This document shows positions 57,638 to 64,000 of a stretch of DNA of 64,000 nucleotides, piece by piece (the first letter of the stretch is position 1; the number at the start of each line of letters is the position of its first letter). The notes beneath the pieces are model-generated. The model saw nothing but the letters and a program-made list of their open reading frames with translations, was not told the origin of the DNA and ran no database searches. Both the position numbers and the translations under genes were made by a program. Origin of the DNA: an uncultured Smithella sp. (GTDB taxonomy: Bacteria > Desulfobacterota > Syntrophia > Syntrophales > Smithellaceae); the NCBI GenBank assembly GCA_964400795.1, contig CAYNWA010000002.1, positions 171,146 to 235,145 on the forward strand. Direction: 5' to 3'.

Positions 57638-58183
57638 TTATTTTATGTTGCGTTCTATTTTCTCAATCAGCGTTTGGGTTTGATCCGGCAGGAGCGCAAA
57701 CCCCATATCGTTTCTGTAAATGACATTCATTTTTTTATCGATGATCACATAGACGCGTTTGGAAAGCGGCAGCAGCCAGTGGTCGGCTTTGTACATTTTG
57801 GCGATTCTGCCTTTTTCATCCACCAGCAGGGTCATGTTTTTCAGGCCGTGCTTGGCGATAAACTTGCGGTGCGATTCGGCCGAGTCTCTCGACAGGCCGA
57901 GGATTTTGATATTTTTGGCGTTGTATTTTTCGATGTTTTGTTGAAACTCAACAAACTGGCGTATTCAAAGCTTGGTGTCGTCTTTGGGATAAAAGGCGAG
58001 CACGACGGCACGATACTTTTTGACGGCATCGCTGAGTTTCCAAGTTTTCCCGTCCTGATCGGCAAGTGTAAAATCGGGAGCTATCTGACCGGCGACGGAA
58101 GTTGTCGTTCTGACATCCGTTCCCGCGCAGGCAAATAGTACGAAAAGAAAAAACAAAATAAATAAAGACGAAATGCGTCGCAT
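57638..58183 (-). CDS. Predicted selenocysteine-containing BCP/peroxiredoxin-like lipoprotein (in-frame TGA at 57965-57967)
   Basis: ORFs 57965..58183 and 57638..57835 are in the same frame, and the 129 nt between them is open. The joined sequence reads ...VVLAFYPKDDTKL-U-IRQFVEFQQNIEKYNAKNIKILGLSRDS..., matching the PxxxTxxC active site with U in place of C. Lipobox LFAC; SD aggagg. Confidence 0.75.
57935..57956 (-). promoter_or_regulatory. Candidate bacterial SECIS stem-loop
   Basis: Starts 9-10 nt after the UGA: GUUUGUUG AGUUU CAACAAAAC (7 bp plus a bulge, G/U in the apical loop). Confidence 0.5.
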
Positions 58184-58256
58184 AAGACCTCCTGAGTAAA
58201 AGGTTGCGGCGGGCAGCTACTTGGGAAACGCCGCCCGCCGTTGATGCTGGAAAGGG

Positions 58257-58982
58257 TTAATCGTCGAACGCCATCTTGGTTTTCCAGACTTCCCAGACCT
58301 TGCCCACCAGATCGGGGCCGGGTTTGAGCGTCGGCTTGCCGGGTTTCCAACCGGAGGGCGTGGCTTCGGCGCCTTTGGTTTTGCGCACGTGCTGGAAGGC
58401 CTGAATCTGACGGATGCTTTCCATGACGTTGCGTCCGACCGGCGGTGTCAGCACTTCAAAGCCCTGAATGATGCCGTCCGGATCGATGATGAACCGGCCG
58501 CGGGCTTCCACGCCGGCATCCTGAAGATAAACGCCAAAGACGTCTCCGACCTTGCCGCCGCCGTCGGAGAGCATGGGGAAGGGGATGCCGCCTTTGACCA
58601 TTTTGGAAAGTTCATGGTCATCCCACATTTTGTGGACAAAGACGCTGTCCACACTCATGGATAAAACTTCAACGCCGAGTTTTTTGAATTCGGGATATTT
58701 CTCGCCGACCGACGAGATTTCGGTTGCTCAGACGAAGGTGAAGTCGCCCGGATAAAAACACAGGACAACCCATTTCCCCAGATAATCGGAGAGTTTAACA
58801 TTGATGAATTTCCCCTTGTGATACGCGGGCGCCGTGAAGTCGGGCGCTTTCTTTCCTACAGTAACCATGCTTTTGACCTCCTTGACAGGTACGGGTTGAG
58901 CGGTTTCTTTCTTCACGTCGGGTTTTTCGCCGACCGGTCCGCCGGTGGGTCTGGCGCAGCCGGCCTTGATTTCTTCAGCCAT
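58257..58982 (-). CDS. Predicted selenocysteine-containing peroxiredoxin (AhpC/Prx type; in-frame TGA at 58728-58730)
   Basis: ORFs 58728..58982 and 58257..58658 are in the same frame, with 69 open nt between them. The joined sequence reads ...[39 protein letters not shown]..., i.e. FTFVCPTE with U in place of C. An alternative start at 58868 also has a strong SD. Confidence 0.8.
58700..58717 (-). promoter_or_regulatory. Candidate bacterial SECIS stem-loop
   Basis: Starts 11 nt after the UGA: UCUCGUC GGUC GGCGAGA (7 pairs including one G-U, GGUC tetraloop). Confidence 0.5.
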
Positions 58983-59019
58983 AGACGATGCCCTCCTTTG
59001 TTTTATTTTTGTCGCTTAT

Positions 59020-59334
59020 TTATTTTTTTGATTTCTTCATTTTCGCGATTTCTTCCTCCACTTCTTCGGAGCCTTCGGCATAAAATTTTTCTTCATCCGG
59101 CGCCAGCTCGTGCAGCAGTCTTAAAAACTCCCCGGCGTGAACGCGTTCCTCGTCGGCAATGTCCCTGAGGACCTCGATGGCCAGTTTGTTGTCGGTTGAC
59201 TCCGCGAGCTGCATGTAAAGTTGGATGGCTTCATATTCCGCTGCCACCATAAAGCGAATGGCTCTGATCAGTTCTTCTTTGGTCAGTTTCCTGTCCTTCT
59301 TCAACCCTGAAAAAGGTGTTCCAAATTCCGGCAT
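59020..59334 (-). CDS. Small ferritin-like (EncFtn-type half-ferritin / rubrerythrin-family) protein
   Basis: 104 aa. Two-helix pattern AAEYEAIQLY ... DIADEERVHAGEF, with Glu ~33/35, Glu 62/63 and His 66, similar to the E..E..H ligand spacing of encapsulated ferritins. SD aaggagg. Confidence 0.55.
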   Translation of the reverse strand: MPEFGTPFSGLKKDRKLTKEELIRAIRFMVAAEYEAIQLYMQLAESTDNKLAIEVLRDIADEERVHAGEFLRLLHELAPDEEKFYAEGSEEVEEEIAKMKKSKK

Positions 59335-59374
59335 GGTATCATCCTCCTTTCCTAATTAGGTTAATATTTTGGTA

Positions 59375-59611
59375 TCATTCATTCTTTTGCTCTATGGCTT
59401 TTTGCAGGTCGGAAAGAAACGCGTCCTTATCCAGAGAAAAACGGGCAGCGACATCTCCAATAGTGTCGAAAAGGCAGGAGCAGCACAAACATACTCCCGC
59501 CTTTTCGTCATATTTTTTGATCGCTGTTTCTGTTGCCGGCCAGTTGGAAACAACATCCAAAAGGATGGTATCCTCCGCGATGGCCTTATTATCTTCAGAT
59601 TTTAAGGACAT
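59375..59611 (-). CDS. DUF1858-type small redox-disulfide domain protein
   Basis: 78 aa. ...WPATETAIKKYDEKAGVCLCCSCLFDTIGDVAARFSLDKDAFLSDL fits the DUF1858 pattern (Y..G..C..C...T...A...D..L). The ATG abuts the stop of the upstream gene. Confidence 0.6.
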   Translation of the reverse strand: MSLKSEDNKAIAEDTILLDVVSNWPATETAIKKYDEKAGVCLCCSCLFDTIGDVAARFSLDKDAFLSDLQKAIEQKNE

Positions 59612-61312
59612 TTATTTCTCCCTCGGATACGGCCAGGCCATAATGCCGCCTTCCATGACCTTGACGTTTTTCCAGCCGTTTCCTTCCAGTGCCAGCGCCG
59701 CCTCATAACCGCGTAGGGATATCTTGCAGTATAGAATAATTTCGCGGTTCTTGTCTTCGGGCAGTTCCTTGAGGCGCTTACGGATCGCGCCGAGCGGTAT
59801 CAGCGTCTCACCGATGCCTAAACGCATCTCTTCGAATTCCTCCGGTCCGCGTGTATCTATCAGGAAAGGTTTCTCTCCGGCCCGTATTTTATCATAAACC
59901 TCTTTACAACTGATACCTTTCATTCTGCCTTTCATTTTGTTCTGCATAATATGTGCTGTGGCGATGAAGTGATCGATGGCTAGGGAAAAGGGCGGCGCAT
60001 AGGGAAGATCGGCGTTGACAAGATCCTCCACGGTCATCTTGCCCTGGATGGCCATGGCCCACTGGGCAATCTGTTTGGCGACATTGCCGGGGCCGATACA
60101 CTGCGCGCCAAGGACGCGGCCGGTTTTGGCATCAGCGGTTAATTTAGTTACCAGAAGCTTGCCTTCCATGAATCCCGGTTTGTCGGGACTGGTGTTGATG
60201 ACCGTGATGATGTCGGAATAACCCAGACGCTTTGCCGCTGTTTCCGAAAGACCCGTGGAACCGGCTCCGTAATCAAAAACCTTGCAGATGCCGGTCTGAA
60301 TTGTTCCCGGAAAGGTCACGCAATTTGTCGAGGCGGCGTTTTCACCTGCCACGCGTCCCTGAAGATTGGCCAAGTCGCCATAGGGCGCGTGGACTTTTTT
60401 GCCGGTGATGCGGTTGAGGGTTTCCACGCAGTCGCCCACGGCGTAAATGTCCGGGTCGGAGGTCTGCATGTATTCATTGACCTCGATACCGCCCAGGTCT
60501 CCGATTTTCAAACCGGCTTCTTTGGCCAGTGTGATGTTGGGACGGACACCGATGGCCACAACGGCCAGTTCGCAGGGAAGCTCCGTGCCGTTTTGCAGTT
60601 TGACCGCTGTGAGTTTTCCGTTTTCACCCAGGAAAGCGGCTATGCCGTTTTCGGTAATGACGTTGGCGCCCTTGCTCCGCACATGGTTTTCCACCAGCTT
60701 GGCCAGTTCCCAGTCCAAAAACGTCAGCAGTTGAGGAAGCAGTTCAATGACGGTGATTTCAATACCCGCCAGTTGCAGCGCTTCGCAGGTTTCTATACCG
60801 ATGAGTCCGCCGCCGATGACCACGGCCTTTTTGATTTTACCTTCATCGCGGACGTTACGCAGAAAATCGGCGTCCTTCATGGATTGTAATGTGGTAATGC
60901 CCTGGAGATCCGTGCCCGGAACCGGCGGCATGCGCGGAACCGCACCGGTCGCGATAACAAGCTTGTCGTACGTTAACGTGTCGGTTTCTCCCGAAACGAC
61001 ATTTTTAAAAGACACCGAATGATTTTTTGTGTCAATGTTGGTGACCTCGGTATTGACGCGGGCGTCAATGTCCTTGGCGTTAAGATAAAACATCGGATTG
61101 CGCACGATCCCTGCAGGTGTGCAAAGAAGCGCATTGCGGTCGTTAAAAAAACCTCCGACATAATACGGATAGCCGCAGGACGCCATGGAGAGGTCGGCTT
61201 CCTTCTGGATAATGATGACTTCCGCGTCGTTGTCGATGCGTCGGGCTTTTGCCGCCGCCTTGGGACCGGCGGCCGAACCGCCGATGACGATGATTCTTTT
61301 TCTATTACCCAT
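59612..61312 (-). CDS. CoA-disulfide reductase / NADH-dependent persulfide reductase-like flavoprotein with a C-terminal rhodanese domain
   Basis: IIVIGGSAAG FAD fold, single redox Cys in SMASCGYPYY, NAD fold VIGGGLIG, C-terminal rhodanese with active-site loop YCKISLRG. SD aaggag 6 nt before the ATG at 61312 (ORF-track start 61351 is TTG). Confidence 0.85.
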   Translation of the reverse strand: MGNRKRIIVIGGSAAGPKAAAKARRIDNDAEVIIIQKEADLSMASCGYPYYVGGFFNDRNALLCTPAGIVRNPMFYLNAKDIDARVNTEVTNIDTKNHSVSFKNVVSGETDTLTYDKLVIATGAVPRMPPVPGTDLQGITTLQSMKDADFLRNVRDEGKIKKAVVIGGGLIGIETCEALQLAGIEITVIELLPQLLTFLDWELAKLVENHVRSKGANVITENGIAAFLGENGKLTAVKLQNGTELPCELAVVAIGVRPNITLAKEAGLKIGDLGGIEVNEYMQTSDPDIYAVGDCVETLNRITGKKVHAPYGDLANLQGRVAGENAASTNCVTFPGTIQTGICKVFDYGAGSTGLSETAAKRLGYSDIITVINTSPDKPGFMEGKLLVTKLTADAKTGRVLGAQCIGPGNVAKQIAQWAMAIQGKMTVEDLVNADLPYAPPFSLAIDHFIATAHIMQNKMKGRMKGISCKEVYDKIRAGEKPFLIDTRGPEEFEEMRLGIGETLIPLGAIRKRLKELPEDKNREIILYCKISLRGYEAALALEGNGWKNVKVMEGGIMAWPYPREK

Positions 61313-61347
61313 AAAATTCTCCTTAAAAACATATTGATATGTGTCGC

Positions 61348-62106
61348 TCAATCTTTACTGATCTCTTCTGTCTCTTTCTCTCCATTCACTGGTAGGTTCT
61401 GATCTTTTTCAACTTCATCCCCGAGGAAAGGCTCAATCGGTTCAAAATCGGCAATCCAAAGAGGATGACGGTGCCGCGCATAATCCAAACGAACTTTTCC
61501 CGTAAATATTCCGCGGATCATAGGCCAGTTAGGTCGCAAAGCGATCGCCGCCATGTGCGCCAGGAAAATCAGAAAAAACAAAACGAAAAAAATATTATGA
61601 ATCCAGCTCGCCCACAACAAGATGGCATGGGACATATCGGGCGCATAAATATTCTTGTAGGTTTTGACCAGGCCGGACAGAATAAGCATCAAGATGATAA
61701 AAGCCATCCCTGCATAAGCGAGACGTTGTTCCGGCAGATATTTTTTCATGGGTGGCTCCTTTCCGAAACCCAATAAGCTTCTAATAACGGCAATGGATTC
61801 GGAAAAATCATGCTTCTGGGGAAGCAATCCTTTTTCACCGCGCAAACCATGATAGAAAACATGAAACAATGCGGTCGCTGTAAAAATCAGCGCTGCTCCG
61901 TAATGAAGATAGAGTGACGTAATAAAATCGGCAGACCAGCCAAGCCCTGGAAAATGAACGATGTAGTAGCGTTTGCCCACCGGTAGCTCAAATATTCCGG
62001 TGAGAAGAAGAACAAGGCCGGAAAGGGCAATCGCCCAATGTTCGATTAATTCCAAAGCGCTGTGGCGGACAATCAGATTTTTTTCAAATAATATTTTTTC
62101 AGTCAT
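61348..62106 (-). CDS. Membrane b-type cytochrome (FdnI/HyaC-like, Ni_hydr_CYTB family)
   Basis: Four predicted TM helices with conserved His (IEHWAIA, HYGAALIF...FH, WIHN...AHM). Start at the MTEKILF ATG with SD-like gggggaa. Follows the Fe-S subunit gene after 4 nt. Confidence 0.75.
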   Translation of the reverse strand: MTEKILFEKNLIVRHSALELIEHWAIALSGLVLLLTGIFELPVGKRYYIVHFPGLGWSADFITSLYLHYGAALIFTATALFHVFYHGLRGEKGLLPQKHDFSESIAVIRSLLGFGKEPPMKKYLPEQRLAYAGMAFIILMLILSGLVKTYKNIYAPDMSHAILLWASWIHNIFFVLFFLIFLAHMAAIALRPNWPMIRGIFTGKVRLDYARHRHPLWIADFEPIEPFLGDEVEKDQNLPVNGEKETEEISKD

Positions 62107-62110
62107 GGTC

Positions 62111-63112
62111 CTATTCCCCCTTTCCCGCTTCATCTCTTCTCTTGAACAACCAATTAAACGCACCAGCCACACCAGCGGCAGCGATTCCCAATACAGGAGC
62201 AGCCAGTACTGTCCTGGCTAAGCAATCCGTTCCTTCCATTCTTCTCTGAACATCAACTTTCATATCGGGCTGACCGGGTTTCTTTATCATGGTTTTATTG
62301 ATTTCTTCAAACGGAACCGGTGAAACGTAAATCGTCGCAGTGCCTCCATTTTGAGTTTTGCCGTAGATGAAGCCATTCATTTTTCTCGCACGGGATTCGG
62401 CTATTTTTTCGATAGCGTTCCGGGAACCGATCAACAATGCTTCCCGGGGACAGGCTTCGATACAACCGGGCAATTTCCCGTCAGCCAATCTTTCCACACA
62501 TAAATCGCACTTGTACATCACGCCATTACCCATCAGCCCCGGCAACACATTCAGGTAGATACCGACACCGGATTGACGTTGCGGAATTTCCCAGGGACAA
62601 ACGTCGCGACATTTCGCGCCACCGAAACAAAGATCCTGATCAATGACCACGGCTCCGTTTTTGTTCTTATGATTGGCGGAAAACGGGCAGATCGTCGCGC
62701 AAGCGGGATTATCGCAATGCATGCAGCGACGCGGCACAAAGACCGTTTTTTGCTGACTGCCTAAATTAACTTCGGCTTTGTGCACGTAAATAAAATTATA
62801 AGGGGTAAGGCGATTGAATACATCCTGCTTTTTGGACCAGTCTTCAATGGTTTTGCGTGGCCATGGTTCGGGAATGGGTTCCGTTACCGGTGGTATTTTA
62901 TCTTTGTTGATTGTTTTACATGCGCTGACGCATGCTGGTATATTTCTGCCGGTGCAACCATCGCAGAGGCTTAAATCAATGAGCGTTGATAATTTTTTGT
63001 CGCTTTTGGCCAATGCTTTTTTCGGCAAACCAAAACCGGAAAGAGCTGCTGCTCCGGCTGTCAGCTTTAAAAAAGATCGGCGACCGATATGAAAGTTATG
63101 TTCAGTGCTCAT
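62111..63112 (-). CDS. Tat-exported 4x[4Fe-4S] ferredoxin-type subunit with a C-terminal membrane anchor (HybA/FdnH-like)
   Basis: Twin-arginine signal HIGRRSFLKLTAGAAALSG...ALA. Cys clusters CMHCDNPACATICP, CFGGAKCRDVCP, CDLCVERL...CIEACP. C-terminal TM helix VLAAPVLGIAAAGVAGAF. Confidence 0.85.
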   Translation of the reverse strand: MSTEHNFHIGRRSFLKLTAGAAALSGFGLPKKALAKSDKKLSTLIDLSLCDGCTGRNIPACVSACKTINKDKIPPVTEPIPEPWPRKTIEDWSKKQDVFNRLTPYNFIYVHKAEVNLGSQQKTVFVPRRCMHCDNPACATICPFSANHKNKNGAVVIDQDLCFGGAKCRDVCPWEIPQRQSGVGIYLNVLPGLMGNGVMYKCDLCVERLADGKLPGCIEACPREALLIGSRNAIEKIAESRARKMNGFIYGKTQNGGTATIYVSPVPFEEINKTMIKKPGQPDMKVDVQRRMEGTDCLARTVLAAPVLGIAAAGVAGAFNWLFKRRDEAGKGE

Positions 63113-63183
63113 CTTAGATCTCCTTTACAACCGTTTCTTGATAAAGAAGTTAATTCGTCTTTTTATTTTTAACAAGCAATATC

Positions 63184-63561
63184 TTAATCCTCAACACAAA
63201 TGGTTTTATTTTTCATGGCGGCGAATGTCATGACAGCAAGCATGACACTTACAGCGGAAAGAAATGCGCTTTGTTCCCACCAGGCAACGGAAAGCAAAAT
63301 AAGACTTACGGAAATGACCGGGAAAAATAAGAGTTTGGGAATATTTTTCAATTCTCTTTGAATTTCTTTAGGAAGCTTGATCGTTTTTGTTGCATACGCA
63401 ATAAGGATAGCCAGAAAAGTGCTGGTCTCCGACAGCATAGAACTCTCCGCAGCATTGAAATTCCAAATGATTTCCGTACGTTTCCACGCAATCCTTGCGC
63501 CTGTCAGTCCCATCACCACAGCAAAAATTGAAACGGGAAAGTTCTTTAATCGGTCGTTCAT
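63184..63561 (-). CDS. TehA/SLAC1 (TDT)-family-like membrane protein, N-terminal third only (125 aa)
   Basis: NFPVSIFAVVMGLTGARIAW resembles the TehA family N-terminus. The family is normally ~300+ aa, so this may be a truncated remnant. Confidence 0.4.
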   Translation of the reverse strand: MNDRLKNFPVSIFAVVMGLTGARIAWKRTEIIWNFNAAESSMLSETSTFLAILIAYATKTIKLPKEIQRELKNIPKLLFFPVISVSLILLSVAWWEQSAFLSAVSVMLAVMTFAAMKNKTICVED

Positions 63562-63638
63562 AAAAGTTGCTCCTTATTCCCTGGGAACATAACCACTGAC
63601 AACCGTTTTTACATTGATCTAAGTCAATTTTTTATAAA

Positions 63639-64000
63639 TTATTTTTTACGAAATTCCTCCATCAAATTTTCCGGTACCTGTACGGCGACAACTTCGCCCG
63701 TGGCGCAAACCTGTCCTCCGGCAATCAGCCTCGATTCTATAACCACTTTTCGCCTTCTGATTTCCTTGACTTTACCACGTATTTCTATCGGCCCGTTTAA
63801 GGGTGTAGGCAACAAATAATTGACATGTAACGATGCTGTCAGAAAGCGAATCGGCGGAAGAGTATTCATCTCGCGGTTTTCCGCCCGGTATTTAGCCGCC
63901 GCGGCTGTGCCGGTGGAATGACAATCAATCAGTGAGGCGATGAGTCCACCGTAAGCCATGCCGGGTATGGCCATGTAACACGATTTAGGCTGATGAATGC
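63639..64000 (-). CDS. PaaI/hotdog-fold thioesterase family protein (5' end beyond the window)
   Basis: ...PGMAYGGLIASLIDCHSTGTAAA... and a hotdog C-terminal sheet. The frame stays open upstream of the Met at 63974 to the window edge. Confidence 0.65.
   Translation of the reverse strand, partial: IHQPKSCYMAIPGMAYGGLIASLIDCHSTGTAAAAKYRAENREMNTLPPIRFLTASLHVNYLLPTPLNGPIEIRGKVKEIRRRKVVIESRLIAGGQVCATGEVVAVQVPENLMEEFRKK

Noticed and set aside
59020-59334. Complete encapsulin nanocompartment system
   Set aside because: Only the EncFtn-like cargo-type protein is present. No HK97-fold shell gene lies nearby and there is no recognisable C-terminal targeting peptide.
61348-63112. Formate dehydrogenase or hydrogenase operon (with a Sec-containing catalytic subunit)
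   Set aside because: Only the beta-like Fe-S and gamma-like cytochrome b genes are present. No molybdopterin or NiFe large-subunit ORF, interrupted or not, lies adjacent.

Overview
64-kb chromosomal window from an unidentified diderm bacterium, probably an anaerobe. Supporting genes: LPS/outer-membrane genes kdsB, hldD and pldA, TatAC, a sigma-54 activator, and selA for selenocysteine. All calls come from reading the sequence and ORF track and from remembered family motifs. No database search, folding or alignment program was run. Most of the window is housekeeping: (a) a minus-strand glycine-cleavage operon gcvT-gcvH-gcvPA-gcvPB-lipA ... lpd-cupin; (b) def, a HemN-like radical-SAM gene, selA, rluD, pgeF, hldD-kdsB-pldA; (c) ilvB-ilvN-ilvC-ilvD; (d) PBP1A, tatA/tatC, gatCAB, mtnA, ftsY, smc. 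Points worth a second look: (1) Two adjacent peroxiredoxin genes each carry an in-frame TGA exactly at the peroxidatic-Cys position, with a stem-loop 10-11 nt downstream. They are predicted selenoproteins that the ORF caller split into four ORFs. They sit in an 8-gene same-strand redox cluster with an OYE/FadH-like flavoprotein, an EncFtn-like half-ferritin, DUF1858, a CoA-disulfide-reductase/rhodanese fusion, and an orphan Tat-exported 4Fe-4S protein plus cytochrome b. (2) A textbook-looking Val/Leu/Ile leader-peptide attenuator with its own promoter lies upstream of ilvB. (3) A near-consensus sigma-54 promoter drives two tiny secreted proteins next to a sigma-54 activator and histidine kinase. 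(4) An AT-rich PIN-toxin mini-module and a 7-nt tandem array are inserted between lipA and lpd. (5) An operon of secreted proteins (YVTN/Fn3/PKD protein, lipoproteins, zinc-phospholipase-C-like proteins) contains a 1.14-kb tandem duplication with two perfectly identical tracts embedded in diverged sequence. (6) At least two families of short palindromic intergenic repeats are present and inflate several ORF-track N-termini. No rRNA, tRNA, CRISPR array, transposase or integrase was recognised.
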